Shown here piece by piece: positions 17,703 through 28,600 of a stretch of DNA of 64,000 bases (positions within the stretch are counted from its first letter, which is position 1; every line of letters starts with the position of its first letter). The translations under genes and the position numbers were made by a program. The DNA is from Abditibacterium sp. (GTDB taxonomy: Bacteria; Armatimonadota; Abditibacteriia; Abditibacteriales; Abditibacteriaceae), in contig OZ251992.1 of assembly GCA_965246885.1 (NCBI GenBank), positions 1,600,001 through 1,664,000 of the forward strand, read 5' to 3'. A model generated the notes under the pieces. The model did not search any database. It was not told the DNA's origin and worked only from the letters and a program-made list of their open reading frames with translations.

Positions 17703-19346
17703 ATGGATATGAATCCCGCTTCCACTGTTCCCTACGATCCGACGTTTGCGCGCGAGGAGCGCCGTTTTCGGCGCTTGGAAGTATCGCTTCCCGTATGGAT
17801 TTCCACCGCCGAGGCACTCGCGCAGGGGTTGGACGTGTGGGAGTTGGGCTACACGCGCGACATATCGCTGGGCGGGGCAAAAATCATCGTGCCGATGGGC
17901 GAAGCCCCCATGTGGCAAAGCGCTTTGGCAAGCGGCACAGAGTTTAGGGTGCGCTTCGAGGCGGGCGAGGAATCGGGGGTGATTCCGGCCCTGTTGCGGC
18001 GCGTCGAGGTGGAGCCGGGCGGGGGCAAGCTGGCGCTGGGTCTCTCGTTCAAGGGGTTGGAAGCGAAAGAAGCGCGTGACCGCGCGGTCGCGGCGGGACT
18101 TTCGACGCTACGGGCGCGGCGCAAGTGGCAAGGCGCGTTTGTGGCTTCCTTGTTGGTGGTGGGCTTGGCGTCGCTTTCCATTCGCTCGCTGTCCGCGCAG
18201 GGGGCCGCGCAACGCGAGGAGATAGGCCGCTTGCAAACGACCATGCTCCAGACAGAAGCGCAGTTGCAATCCCTGTCCCGTCCGGCGCTGGTTCAAACCA
18301 AGAGCGCGGGCATTGACCGTGCGTTTCTGGGCGCGCAACTGCAAACGCAGTTAGGCGAACTGCGCTCCCACATGGCCCGCCTCAACGATCCGCGCAACAT
18401 GAGCGAGGCCATAGCCGCGCGCCAACGGGAAGCGCAAAAGTTGGGGCTGAGCCTCGCGCCCCAAGGCAACACGGCGCGCGTGCAACTGGGTGTGGCGTTC
18501 CCGTATGGCTATAACTGGCCGCTCGTGTTGGGCGATTTGGAGTCCGCGTTGGGAAGGAAAGTCCCGCAAGTGGTGGTGTTCGCCGATTGGCGTCAGCCGT
18601 TCCCCGACCTTGACGCGCGCGAAGCGCGGGCGCGCGGCAAGACGCTGCAAGTGACGTGGGAGCCTTGGCACTTCGGCGATCCGTCCGCCGTGAAGCTCCG
18701 TGACATCGGCGACGGGAAGTATGACGCGTACATAGACTCGTGGGCGGACGCCGCGCGCTCGTTTGGTGGGGAAGTCTGGCTGCGTTTTGGCCATGAGATG
18801 AACGGGAACTGGTATCCTTGGGCGCTGGCTGCCCAAGGGGGCGACCCGAAGCCGTATGTCCGGGCTTATCAGCGCATCCACGACCGCTTTCGCAAAGCGG
18901 GCGCGTCCAATGTGCGCTGGGTGTGGTGCTTTAACGCCGAGTCCGTGCCCGTAGCGTCGTGGAACGACTCCAAAAGGGCGTATCCCGGCGACGATTATGT
19001 GGACGCCGTCGGAATGGACGGCTACAACTTCGGCGATACGACGGCGCACTCGAAGTGGCAACCGTTTTCGGCCATCTTTGCCGACGCCTACGACACCGCG
19101 ACGCAAAACTGGCCGCATAAGCCGCTTTTTATCTCGGAAACCGGCTGTTCCTCGACGGGCGGGGACAAGGTCGCGTGGCTACGCGACATGGACGGCGCCC
19201 TGCGCGAACGGTTCCCCCGCGTCGAGAGCCTCACATGGTTCGAGGCGGCCAAGGAAGCCGACTGGCGCGTATTGTCCACCCTCGGCACTGCCCAAACCGC
19301 GCGGCAAATTTGGAAAACCCCGTTCTACGGACGGGGCGTGGGGTAA
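17703..19346 (+). CDS. PilZ domain - TM helix - coiled coil - GH26 glycoside hydrolase fusion
   Basis: ERRFRR (RxxxR) and TRDISLGG (DxSxxG); TM helix GAFVASLLVVGLASL. GH26 motifs VTWEPW, GKYDAYI, LRFGHEMNGNWYPW, YPGDDYVDAVGMDGYN, KPLFISETG. Confidence 0.85.
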   Translation: MDMNPASTVPYDPTFAREERRFRRLEVSLPVWISTAEALAQGLDVWELGYTRDISLGGAKIIVPMGEAPMWQSALASGTEFRVRFEAGEESGVIPALLRRVEVEPGGGKLALGLSFKGLEAKEARDRAVAAGLSTLRARRKWQGAFVASLLVVGLASLSIRSLSAQGAAQREEIGRLQTTMLQTEAQLQSLSRPALVQTKSAGIDRAFLGAQLQTQLGELRSHMARLNDPRNMSEAIAARQREAQKLGLSLAPQGNTARVQLGVAFPYGYNWPLVLGDLESALGRKVPQVVVFADWRQPFPDLDAREARARGKTLQVTWEPWHFGDPSAVKLRDIGDGKYDAYIDSWADAARSFGGEVWLRFGHEMNGNWYPWALAAQGGDPKPYVRAYQRIHDRFRKAGASNVRWVWCFNAESVPVASWNDSKRAYPGDDYVDAVGMDGYNFGDTTAHSKWQPFSAIFADAYDTATQNWPHKPLFISETGCSSTGGDKVAWLRDMDGALRERFPRVESLTWFEAAKEADWRVLSTLGTAQTARQIWKTPFYGRGVG

Positions 19347-19384
19347 GACGCAACTTGCCTCGTCCCAAGCCAGAAGAACCGGCG

Positions 19385-21250
19385 TTAGCGCATGACCAAC
19401 AGCGCGTTGGAGACGCTTCGCTCCGTCCCGTCGCTGGGTTTGTTGACGATGCGGCCTTTGACGGCCATCGTGGTCGAGCCGCCGCCGTCGAGGTTCATGG
19501 CTTGGACGGCGCCGAGCTTTTGCATGGTCGCGGCGAGTTCGGGGAGGGTCAGGCCGGTCGAGTAGTTCTTCTGGCGGCCATCGGCGATAAGGATAAGATA
19601 CCGTCCACGCCTGTCCACGCCAAAGGCGGTGCGCGGGCCGATGCCGTTCGTGACATCGGAGCGGAAGCCCTCGGAGCGGATGGCGACTTGTCCGTTCTGG
19701 AGAAGCAGTGGGCCGCCGCCCAGAGCGGTGGAGATGCGCGGCCAACCAATGGGCGCAATAGAAAGCGAGGCGCGCTCGCCCAACGCGGCCTTTTCGAGAT
19801 AAGGCCGCGCCGCGCCCGACGCGACGAGAACAAAGCCCTCGGCGGGAATGGCTATGCCGCCGCCGCCGGGACGCGCGACGACGACCCCGTTCATCACTTC
19901 AACCGCCATTTCGCCCATGCCTAACTTGTAGTAGGGCGCGAAGCGGCGGGTGAGAACGCTCACCCGTCCCGGCGCGGGCCAGCCGTTGAGGTCGCGGACA
20001 GGCAGTTCCAAGCCGGAACTAAAGCGCGCACTTGCGCGGGTTTGGAGCGGGGCGATATGGGCGCGGCCCGCGTCGTCGAAGCCAACGGCGGTGCGCCCGC
20101 CCCAAGGCAAGCGAATCCACTCGCCCCCGACCAGCATCGCGCCGACAGCCGCGCCGTCATACGCGAAAAAGCCGCCGTTGACCGCCAATACTGCCCTCTG
20201 ACGCGCGGCCAAGCGCGAAGTGCGCGCGCGTTGCAAGACGGAGTAGCCGCCCGGTTCGACGCGCACGCGCCACCCTTCGCGCGGGTCGAGGCGCACCGCC
20301 CACATTTGCACCGGCCCGTGCCCGGTGCCGCGCCGGATGCGCGTGAGCGTTAAGCCCGCGTCGTGCGAGATGCTGGTTTCCTCGAACAAACGCTGGGAAT
20401 CTATCACCAAGCGCGTGGGAAAGCCCAAGGTGAACCAACTGATGGGCGCCGCGTAGTTCATCTTGACCGCGAAGCGCGCGTTCCAGTTGCCGGACACGAG
20501 GGTCGTTTGCGGCACGAGGTCATCCCCGACGCGCGCGGTTTCGGGGATGCCTGCGGCCCGCGCGCCCGCGAATTGGAAGTTGGCGCCCGCGCGGGCGACC
20601 GACGCGGTGATGGGCGTGGGGTTGGACAGCGTGACGACGGTGCGCACGCGGTCACCGCTCACCGTCGAGCGCACGCCCACGACGCGCGCGGCGCGGACTT
20701 TCAAGTGGACGACGTAGGGCTTGCCCGTCGGCGCGAAGTCGAGGCCGAGCAGACCGCAGAACTCGCCCAACGGCACGAAGAGTTCGCCGTCCCGGACAAG
20801 GGGCCGCGCCGCGAGAGTGATTGGCTCGCCGCCGCGCCGCGCGGCGCGCTGTCCGGCCCAACAGTCGAGGGTCTGCCCGAACCACAGCAGCTTGTAGTGC
20901 CCCCGTCCGACGGCCCCCGCCGACGCGCCGAGGTTGTCGGAGAAAAACGAGAGCGGCACCATCGTCCGCCCGCCCGCAACGAAGGGATGCGGCGACGAGC
21001 GCGCCCACACATCTACCAAGGGCGGCGCCGTCGGTGTGGGAACTGGCGTGGGCGCGGCTTGCACCGGGGACGGAGAGGGGCGCGGCGCGGGCGGCAGTTG
21101 GACGACCGGGCGCGGCGGTGTCGGTTCGGGCGGAGGAACCGCATCGCCGAAAGGGTGAGGGTTGGCAACCGGCGGCGCCCCTTCTTGCGCGCGGGCAAGG
21201 GGCGCGGCCCACAAGGAGGCACCTAAAGAAAGCAAAAAGAACGGGCGCAT
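19385..21250 (-). CDS. Secreted phosphodiester glycosidase (NAGPA/DUF2233) family protein with an N-terminal Cu-amine-oxidase-N-like domain
   Basis: Signal peptide and Pro-rich linker; GRTMVPL...FVPL; AVNGGFF, GGGPLLL, PRTAFG, ADGRQ, AMNLDGGGST. Confidence 0.88.
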   Translation of the reverse strand: MRPFFLLSLGASLWAAPLARAQEGAPPVANPHPFGDAVPPPEPTPPRPVVQLPPAPRPSPSPVQAAPTPVPTPTAPPLVDVWARSSPHPFVAGGRTMVPLSFFSDNLGASAGAVGRGHYKLLWFGQTLDCWAGQRAARRGGEPITLAARPLVRDGELFVPLGEFCGLLGLDFAPTGKPYVVHLKVRAARVVGVRSTVSGDRVRTVVTLSNPTPITASVARAGANFQFAGARAAGIPETARVGDDLVPQTTLVSGNWNARFAVKMNYAAPISWFTLGFPTRLVIDSQRLFEETSISHDAGLTLTRIRRGTGHGPVQMWAVRLDPREGWRVRVEPGGYSVLQRARTSRLAARQRAVLAVNGGFFAYDGAAVGAMLVGGEWIRLPWGGRTAVGFDDAGRAHIAPLQTRASARFSSGLELPVRDLNGWPAPGRVSVLTRRFAPYYKLGMGEMAVEVMNGVVVARPGGGGIAIPAEGFVLVASGAARPYLEKAALGERASLSIAPIGWPRISTALGGGPLLLQNGQVAIRSEGFRSDVTNGIGPRTAFGVDRRGRYLILIADGRQKNYSTGLTLPELAATMQKLGAVQAMNLDGGGSTTMAVKGRIVNKPSDGTERSVSNALLVMR

Positions 21251-21315
21251 ATAAGGAAAGACGGATGAGACGCCCGGTAGTTGAACCAAAAACCGGGAGG
21301 GCGCGGCGTCTTATC

Positions 21316-22515
21316 TTACAATGCGCACAATTTGGCCAAAAAGATTTCCATCGTCGCGGCGGAGTTCGCTTTGGACTCGAAGCCGCCGTCGCCCTCAATG
21401 CCCTTCATTGCCAAGTCCGCTTCGAGGGCGAGTTCCAAGGCGCGGCGCAGTTGGGGGAGGGTGAAGCGGCGGGCCGAGTTCGAGAGGCGCCGCGCGAGCC
21501 AGCTTTGATTGGCGAGAGCTTGGAGCAGGTTGTCTCGCCCTTCTTTGGGCAGTTGCGCGGCGAGTTCCGGCTTGATTTTGCGCGCGGCGCTCGCGTCGAG
21601 CGACAAACCCGCGTCGAGCAGGGCGCGGGCTTGGAGGAGTTGGCGCAGGTTGCCGGTGACTGTAGCCATGAGGCGTTCAGGCGCTTCGCCGCGTTCCAAC
21701 AGTTCGCGCAACGTCGAGATGGCCTTAGCGCCGCTTCGCTCGCCGATGGCGTCGGTGAGGTCGAAGATGGTATCGCCCAACGCGGGCCGCGTCATTTCGT
21801 CTATAATCGCGGGCGTGATGGGCGCGGATAATCCGGCGCACAAGGCGCATTTTTCGAGTTCGCCGAGCAGAAGTGCGATGTCGCTTCCGCAGCGATTGGC
21901 AAGGTAAGCCGCCGCGCCGCGTTCCAACTTGAGGCCGCGCGTTTTGGCTTCGCGTTCGAGTATCTCCCCGACAAAGGCGGAGTTCTTGGGGTCAACGGTG
22001 CAGTTGACAAGCGCGCCTATCCCGTCAATCACCTTGTCGAGGGCGAGGTTAAGGCACCGCTCGCCCGCGCGCTCGCCGATTTCGACGGTTTCGGGCGTGC
22101 GCGCCAAGATGAGGACGGTGGTGGGTGGCAGGGCAGCGATGCCTTCGCTCAGGCGTGCCCCGGCGCTCGCACCGCTCGCGGCTTTTTTCTTTTTGGCGGC
22201 GCTCCCGGCGTCGCCGCCGTCCGAAGCGCGGCCCAAGCCCTCCACCCGTTCGGCGCGCTTGACGAGCACCACGCGGCGGTCAGCGAGGAACGGGAGGTTG
22301 CCGACGGCGGCGAGGATGTCGCTGACTTTGGCGCCCTCGCCGTCGAGCGAGTCGAAGTTGAAGTCGCGCTCGCCCTCGCCAATGCCCGCTTCGACAAGCG
22401 ACGACACCACGCGGTCTTGGAGCCACGCATCGCCCCACACGCCGTAAACAGGGAGCGGCGTGCCGTCGCGCCGGAAAGCGCCGCGCGCGGCCCATTGCAC
22501 GAAAGAAAGCGTCAC
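21316..22515 (-). CDS. holA: DNA polymerase III delta subunit
   Basis: PVYGVWG, FNFDSLDG, LPFLADRRVVLVK, GELEK, IFDLTDAI, EADLAMKG. Confidence 0.85.
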   Translation of the reverse strand: MTLSFVQWAARGAFRRDGTPLPVYGVWGDAWLQDRVVSSLVEAGIGEGERDFNFDSLDGEGAKVSDILAAVGNLPFLADRRVVLVKRAERVEGLGRASDGGDAGSAAKKKKAASGASAGARLSEGIAALPPTTVLILARTPETVEIGERAGERCLNLALDKVIDGIGALVNCTVDPKNSAFVGEILEREAKTRGLKLERGAAAYLANRCGSDIALLLGELEKCALCAGLSAPITPAIIDEMTRPALGDTIFDLTDAIGERSGAKAISTLRELLERGEAPERLMATVTGNLRQLLQARALLDAGLSLDASAARKIKPELAAQLPKEGRDNLLQALANQSWLARRLSNSARRFTLPQLRRALELALEADLAMKGIEGDGGFESKANSAATMEIFLAKLCAL

Positions 22516-22893
22516 TTAAGCCGCCTTGCGCCCGCTCCGGTTGCCGATAAACCACAAGACGGAGCGCGCCACGAAGAAGCCGCAGAGAAGGAACATGAGC
22601 AAGCCGGATATGGCGCCGAGGTTGTTGGCAAAGCCGCCACCCGCGAACAAAGCGGGCCACTTCGACACGAAGCGCAAGGAGCCGAGCAAGCCCAAGAACG
22701 CCACCACGACGGCGATGTGCAGTGCCATCTTGGTGGCTTTGGGCGTGGTCGCGCGCGCGCCGCACACCAGAAGCGCGATGCCGAACAGGGAGGGGATAAA
22801 CGCCGTAAAGCTCTTGTGCGCGCCGCCCAAAGAGAAGAATAGTGGCCCCAGCAGAAACAAAAGGGCGCCAGTAACGATGGTAGTTGTCCGCAT
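22516..22893 (-). CDS. Small 4-TM membrane protein
   Basis: Four hydrophobic segments with SFTAFIP and ALHIAV motifs; lies in the same-strand run with holA. Confidence 0.7.
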   Translation of the reverse strand: MRTTTIVTGALLFLLGPLFFSLGGAHKSFTAFIPSLFGIALLVCGARATTPKATKMALHIAVVVAFLGLLGSLRFVSKWPALFAGGGFANNLGAISGLLMFLLCGFFVARSVLWFIGNRSGRKAA

Positions 22894-22920
22894 GGAAGAA
22901 AGGATACGCAGGCGAGCCGC

Positions 22921-25900
22921 CTACTGCACCCGTTCCGGATTGGCGGTCGGGACGTTGGCCCCGTTGCCCAAGCCGCCGAACAGCTTCTTGTTGATACGCC
23001 CCGCGAAGCGTGAGAAGTCGTCGAAGGCCGAGTATGCAACGGGCGTGGCGAGAAGCGTCAGAATCAGCGAGAGCGTTTGCCCGCCGAAGATAACGCTGCC
23101 GATGGCGCGGTTGGTGCCTGAGCCAACGCCGCTCGACACGATGAGCGGCAGCATGCCCGCGACGAAAGCGAGCGTGGTCATCAGGATGGGCCGCAAGCGG
23201 TCGCGGTTGGCTTGCAGGATGGCAGCGTTGCGCTCCATGCCGCGCTCGCGCAGTTGGTTGGTGTGGTCAATTTGAAGGATGGAGTTCTTCTTGACCACGC
23301 CAAACAAGACGAGGATGCCCAGCAGCGAGAAGATATTCAAGCTGCCGTGAAAGATGAGGATCGAAATCAGCGCGAAGGGGACGGTGAGCGGGAGGCTGAG
23401 CAGGATGGTGATGGGGTGGAGCCATGACTCGAACTGCGCCGCGAGGATAAGGTAGACGAAGACGAGCGAGAGGCCGAACGCGGCCAAGAACGCCTTGAAC
23501 GCTTTGGCTTGCTCCTTGGAGCGTCCAGTCGGGCCGCCGGTGTATTCTGGCCCCAAGTGCTGCTTGGCGAAGGACGCCGTAAGCGCGTCCAATCCTGCCT
23601 GAGCCGAGCCGCCGGGAAGGACGTTGGCTTGGATGGTGACTTGGCGGGCGCGGTTGAGGCGCTGGATCGAGGCGGGGCCGGTCTGCGGCACGAAGCTGAC
23701 AACTTGATCGAGCGGAATGGCGACGGGGCCGGTGTTGGGAGTGGTGGCCTCACTTTGCGTTGCGACTTCGGCGGCACCCTGCGGGTTGCCGGGGACAGTG
23801 AGGAGCGAGACGCCTTCCTGCGAACTGCGGAACTGCTGCGCGGCGCGCACGTGGACTTCGTACTGCTCGCCGCCCTGCTGGAAGTTGCTGACCTGCTGGT
23901 CGCCGACCAAGAAGTTGAGCGATTGGGCGATGTCTTGCGGTTGCACGCCGAGTTGCGCCGCCAAGGGCCGGTTGACGCGCACCGCGAGTTCCGGCTTGCC
24001 CTTGATGAGGCTGGTGTCTATGTCGGTCATGCCCTTGACTTTGCGCAGGTCGGCCATCATGTTCTGCGCGACATCGTTGAGCTTGTCGAGGTCGGGGCCG
24101 CCGATGGTGAACAAGACGTCTGCTTGCACGTCGCCGCCGCCCACGCCCCCGGATGGGCCAACCGTCGTGCGCAGGTTGTAGGACGCGAAGCGGGGTAATA
24201 TCTCCTCGCGGGCGACTTTGATAAGGTCGTCCTGCGAGCGGTCGCGCTTCTCGATGTCCTTGAGGCGCACGTAAATGGTGGCGTTGTTGCGCGCCGCGTT
24301 TTGGCCCGACCCGCCGATGGTGACGAGCGAGTAGTCCATCTCCTTGCTCATGGAGTTGCCGACTTCGTGCGCGATTTTGCGGGCGAGGTCGCGCGTTTGT
24401 TCGAGAGAGGTGCCTTCGGGCGCGCGCGCCGTAATCTGGAACTGCGACTCGTCGTCCTTGGGCAAGAAGTCCTTGGGGATGGGCTTGACCACAAAGGGCA
24501 TCGAGAACAGCGCCGCCAAGCAGAGCAGGCCAATGGCCCATCGGTGGCCTAAGCTCCATCGGAGGAGCTTGGCATAGCCCATGTCTATGTAGTGGAAGAA
24601 GCCGCCTTCTTTGGCTTTGTCGTGCGCGTGCCCTTCCTTGTCGCGCTTGGGGGCTTTGAGCATGCGGGCGCTGAGCGTGGGCGTGAGCGTGAAGGCGACG
24701 ACGAGCGACACCATGATGGCAAAAGCCATCGTGAGGCCGAACGAGTTCATGAAGCGCCCGACGATACCGGTCATGAACGCGACCGGCAAGAAGACGGCGA
24801 CAAGTGAAAGCGTCGTCGCCAATACCGCGAGGCCGATTTCCTTGGTGCCTTCAATAGCCGCCTCGAACGGATCCATCCCCTTCTCTTCGATGAAGCGGTA
24901 GATGTTCTCCAAGACCACGATGGCGTCGTCAATGACGATGCCGACCGCAAGCGTGAGGGCGAGGAGCGTGAGGATATTGAGCGTGAAGTGCATGATCCAC
25001 ATCAGCCCGAAGGTGGCGATGATGGACGCGGGAATGGCGAGCGCAGCGATGAGGGTCGAGCGCCAGTTCAATAAGAAGATGAGAACAACGAGGGCGGCCA
25101 AGATAGAGCCGACGACCAAGTGTTCCTCGACCGAGTTGATGGCGGCGATGATGTACTGCGACTGGTCGTTGACTACGCGCACCGAGTAGCCGTTCTCTTT
25201 GAGCGCGGGGCCAAGCGCTTTGACGCGGTTCTTGATTTCCTGAATGACGGCGACGGTGTTGGTGCCGGACTGCTTGGAGACTTGCAAATAGACCGTCGGC
25301 TTGCCGTTGAGTTCGGAGATAGAGTTGGCGTCGGCGATGCCGTCTTCGACGCGGCCCACGTCGCGGATAGTCACGGCGCCGCCATTTTGAGCGCGGATGG
25401 AAATATCCGCGAAGTCGGGCACGTTCTTGATGCGCCCCGCCGTGCGGAGCGTCAAGGAGCGGGCGCCCTGATCTAAGCGGCCCCCCGGCACATCCACGTT
25501 TTGCGCTTTGACGGCGTTGGTGACATCGGTGACGTTGACGCCGTAGCCGCGCATTTTGTAAGCGTCCAGATACACGTTGATCTGCCGCCCACGCCCGCCG
25601 AGCACGTCTATTTGCCCGACGCCCGGCGTGGACTCGATGCGGCGCCGCAAGACCTTGTCGGCGTACTCCGTCACTTCTTTGATGGTGCCCGACCCGGTGA
25701 TGGCGAGGCCCAAAACGGGCGCGGCGCCGGTGTCTTGCTTTTGCACGACGGGCTGTTTGGCGTCGGGCGGCAGGTCGTTGATGATGCGGTTGACCTTGGC
25801 GCGCACCTCGTTTTCGGCGACATCCACGTTCTTTTCCAACTGGAACTGGCACACGACGGTGGACACGCCCTCGTTGGAATACGAGCGCAGTTCGTCCATG

Positions 25901-26130
25901 CCGGAAATGGTGTTGACCGCTTCCTCGACTTTTTGGGTGATCTCGGTCTCGACCGATTCGGGCGAGGCGCCGGGCTGCGTGACCGTCACGGTCACGATGG
26001 AGAAGTCCACGTTCGGGAAGCGGTCAACGCCCAGTTGAAAGAACCCCGCCGCGCCCACGACGACGAGGAGCAGGATAAGCACCGCTGCGAAGACGGGGCG
26101 CTTGATACAGATTTCAGCCAGTTTTTGCAT
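22921..26130 (-). CDS. RND efflux permease (AcrB/SwrC-like)
   Basis: [55 protein letters not shown]. Confidence 0.95.
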   Translation of the reverse strand: MQKLAEICIKRPVFAAVLILLLVVVGAAGFFQLGVDRFPNVDFSIVTVTVTQPGASPESVETEITQKVEEAVNTISGMDELRSYSNEGVSTVVCQFQLEKNVDVAENEVRAKVNRIINDLPPDAKQPVVQKQDTGAAPVLGLAITGSGTIKEVTEYADKVLRRRIESTPGVGQIDVLGGRGRQINVYLDAYKMRGYGVNVTDVTNAVKAQNVDVPGGRLDQGARSLTLRTAGRIKNVPDFADISIRAQNGGAVTIRDVGRVEDGIADANSISELNGKPTVYLQVSKQSGTNTVAVIQEIKNRVKALGPALKENGYSVRVVNDQSQYIIAAINSVEEHLVVGSILAALVVLIFLLNWRSTLIAALAIPASIIATFGLMWIMHFTLNILTLLALTLAVGIVIDDAIVVLENIYRFIEEKGMDPFEAAIEGTKEIGLAVLATTLSLVAVFLPVAFMTGIVGRFMNSFGLTMAFAIMVSLVVAFTLTPTLSARMLKAPKRDKEGHAHDKAKEGGFFHYIDMGYAKLLRWSLGHRWAIGLLCLAALFSMPFVVKPIPKDFLPKDDESQFQITARAPEGTSLEQTRDLARKIAHEVGNSMSKEMDYSLVTIGGSGQNAARNNATIYVRLKDIEKRDRSQDDLIKVAREEILPRFASYNLRTTVGPSGGVGGGDVQADVLFTIGGPDLDKLNDVAQNMMADLRKVKGMTDIDTSLIKGKPELAVRVNRPLAAQLGVQPQDIAQSLNFLVGDQQVSNFQQGGEQYEVHVRAAQQFRSSQEGVSLLTVPGNPQGAAEVATQSEATTPNTGPVAIPLDQVVSFVPQTGPASIQRLNRARQVTIQANVLPGGSAQAGLDALTASFAKQHLGPEYTGGPTGRSKEQAKAFKAFLAAFGLSLVFVYLILAAQFESWLHPITILLSLPLTVPFALISILIFHGSLNIFSLLGILVLFGVVKKNSILQIDHTNQLRERGMERNAAILQANRDRLRPILMTTLAFVAGMLPLIVSSGVGSGTNRAIGSVIFGGQTLSLILTLLATPVAYSAFDDFSRFAGRINKKLFGGLGNGANVPTANPERVQ

Positions 26131-26189
26131 AGTAGGAGATAGGGGTCAGGTTGGGATGTCGTGGTGGATTGAGAAGCCGTGTGAGACCG

Positions 26190-27908
26190 CTAAAGCCCGT
26201 TCAGCGTGCCCGTATTGCCCGTCGAAGTTCCGGTTGTACCCGCCCCGATGCCAATGCCGGTGCCAGTTGTCGTGGTGCCAAAGGTTGTCGTCGTGGAAGT
26301 GGCCGCCACCGTGTTGCTCTGGTTGGCGCCCGACGAGTTGAGCGTTGCGCTCGAACCCGTTCCGGCGCTTGAACCTAAGCCGGAATTGCCCGTCGCCGAG
26401 CCGCTTCCGGTGATGGCCGTTGCTGCTGCCAACTGCACCTGAGCCGAAGCGACAGCGTAGCGCGCGTTGACGGCTTGGGTTTGGGCGTTGACGAGGGTGT
26501 TTTGCGCGTTGATAACGTCCAACTGCGTTCCGGCGCCCGCCGTATACGCGAGTTGCGCGGCGCGCAGGGCTTCTTGCGCCGATAAGATGGAAGTTTGCGC
26601 CGACGCCTGTTGTTTAAGGGCGGAGTCAAGGGTCAGGAGCGAACCTTCGATGGCGTTGGCGGTTTGAAGTTGCTGGCTGGACTGCCCCGCTCGCGCTTGG
26701 TCGAGGGTGGCGCGCGCCTCGTCCACTTGACTGTTAATGCGGTTGCCGTCAAGCAACACCTGCGCCACCGACAACCCCCCGGTGATGAAGAAGCGGCCCA
26801 GATAGGAGACAGGGTTACGCAGCAACCCCGACAGCGACGCGCTGATAGAGGGCTTCTTTTGCGCTTTTTGCGCGGCGACGTTGAAAGTCGCGGCGTCTAT
26901 GCGCTCGCGCGTGGCGCCCAGCGAGGGCAGGGCGGTGTCGGCGGCGGCGCGCAGGTCAGGCGAAGTCGGGGCAACGCCGCCGTTGGCGATGTCCGTTGCT
27001 TGCGCCGCCAAAGGGAAGCGCGCGACGGCGGGCAAGACGAGCGTGGTGATGGGTTCGACGCGCACCGGGGTTTCGGGCGCGCGGGCAAGCAGGATGTTGA
27101 GCGCGGCTTTGGCCTGCGCCACGCCATTGGCGGACGCGATGCGGCGCTGCGCGGCACTCGCCAAGTCGGAGTCGGCTTGCAGCACTTCCAAGCGCGCGGC
27201 GGCTCCGGCGTCGTAGCGCACGCCCGCGATGCGGCGGCGCTCGCGCGTCGTGTCGAGATTGGAGGTCGCCACTTGCAATAGCTCTTGGTTTTGCAAGATG
27301 GACACATACGCGAGGATGGTCTGCGCGGCGAGGGTTTGTTCAGTTTCTTGCGAGTCGAGGAGCGCGGCGCGCGCGGTCGCTTCGGCGGCGCGGCGGCTGT
27401 TCTTGATGCGTCCGCCCTCGTAAAGCGGCAAAGACGCGTTGAGTGACAGTTGCTCCGCAGAGGTGCCTCCCAAAAAGCCGGTTAAGCCGTTGGGGGTGCT
27501 GACGCTCGCGCCCGCTCCACCACCGGGAGCGGCTCCACTGCCGAAATAGCCGCGCTGATTGGTGGCGTTGCCTGACACGTTGACCTGAACTTTACCCGCA
27601 CTCGCCGCTTGCCCGGCGCGGGACAAGGCCGCTGCGACTGCCGCGCGCGCCGCAACGGGCGTGGGGTTGTCTCGCAACGCCGTGAGAACCGCGTCGCCAA
27701 GGGTGAGAACGGGCAAACCGGCGTCTTGGCGCTCGCGCACGTCGGCCAAGCCCGCCGTCGGGTAGTCGGGAACGGGCACCAAACCCGTGACCGCGCCGCC
27801 TGCCGCGCCTTGGCTCCCGTTGGTCGCCGGGACAGTGGTCGTGCCCTGTGCCCAAGTCGTCGAAGCGGCGCCCAAAAGCAAGCCGCCAACCCAAAGAAAA
27901 TGTTTCAT
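26190..27908 (-). CDS. TolC-family outer-membrane efflux protein with a Thr/Gly/Ser-rich C-tail
   Basis: Signal peptide; LTLGDAVLTALRDNP, LPLYEGG, RYDAG...LEVLQA, YTAGAGTQLDVINAQ. ATGA overlap with the marR stop. Confidence 0.88.
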   Translation of the reverse strand: MKHFLWVGGLLLGAASTTWAQGTTTVPATNGSQGAAGGAVTGLVPVPDYPTAGLADVRERQDAGLPVLTLGDAVLTALRDNPTPVAARAAVAAALSRAGQAASAGKVQVNVSGNATNQRGYFGSGAAPGGGAGASVSTPNGLTGFLGGTSAEQLSLNASLPLYEGGRIKNSRRAAEATARAALLDSQETEQTLAAQTILAYVSILQNQELLQVATSNLDTTRERRRIAGVRYDAGAAARLEVLQADSDLASAAQRRIASANGVAQAKAALNILLARAPETPVRVEPITTLVLPAVARFPLAAQATDIANGGVAPTSPDLRAAADTALPSLGATRERIDAATFNVAAQKAQKKPSISASLSGLLRNPVSYLGRFFITGGLSVAQVLLDGNRINSQVDEARATLDQARAGQSSQQLQTANAIEGSLLTLDSALKQQASAQTSILSAQEALRAAQLAYTAGAGTQLDVINAQNTLVNAQTQAVNARYAVASAQVQLAAATAITGSGSATGNSGLGSSAGTGSSATLNSSGANQSNTVAATSTTTTFGTTTTGTGIGIGAGTTGTSTGNTGTLNGL

Positions 27909-28495
27909 AACGTTTCCAATTCGCCCCCAAAAGGCCGTTGCCATTCTCCCAATACCCCCGCGTCGCGCGCGGCGAACGCGCTCAGCATACGACCCAAGAG
28001 GTGCAGCAACTGCTTTTGCTCCCCTTCGTCCAGAAACCCCGCGAGTAGCTCGCCCGAAAAAAGCGCGAACGCCCCTTCAACGCGCCACCACATCGCCGTT
28101 CCCGCGTCCGTAATGACCACCCGCGACACGCGGCGGTCGTGCAAGTCGGGGTGACGCTCGACCAACCCCGCTTTCTCCAGCCTATCTACAACCCCCGTCA
28201 CGGGCGCCTTGGACAGCATCAGCCGCGAGCCAATCGCCGAGTGCGGCACGCCGTCCGCGCCCCCTGAAGCCACGCACCCCAACGCCAGCCACTGTGGAAG
28301 CGTCAAATTGTGCTCTTCAAGCATCCGGTTCCCCTCGCGCTCAATGACGGAATTGAGCACCATAATCGAGCACATCACGGCGTCCTTGTCGCTCGGCCCG
28401 CAGTGCGGCGCGCCGTCGGGCGCCTCGCTTGGCCCCATGCCGCGCAGAAACCCCAGAATCAATGATTCCCCTTCCGGGTGCGGCGTGTGGCTCAT
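27905..28495 (-). CDS. MarR-family transcriptional regulator
   Basis: LTLPQWLAL, VTGVVDRLEKAGLVER, DRRVSRVVITDAG. ATG at 28495. Confidence 0.9.
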   Translation of the reverse strand: MSHTPHPEGESLILGFLRGMGPSEAPDGAPHCGPSDKDAVMCSIMVLNSVIEREGNRMLEEHNLTLPQWLALGCVASGGADGVPHSAIGSRLMLSKAPVTGVVDRLEKAGLVERHPDLHDRRVSRVVITDAGTAMWWRVEGAFALFSGELLAGFLDEGEQKQLLHLLGRMLSAFAARDAGVLGEWQRPFGGELETL

Positions 28496-28525
28496 GGGCA
28501 GTAAGGATGGTTCGGGGCAAAACTC

Positions 28526-28561
28526 GTTCCAACTGAAACTATCGGGCGCCATATTAGTTTC
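28526..28561. promoter_or_regulatory. Candidate MarR operator
   Basis: Imperfect palindrome gttccaactgaaac and inverted repeat gaaacta...tagtttc in the AT-richer divergent spacer. Confidence 0.35.
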
Positions 28562-28600
28562 TGATGCCAGCCCGCGTTTCCCGGTAAAATTCACCTCGCC

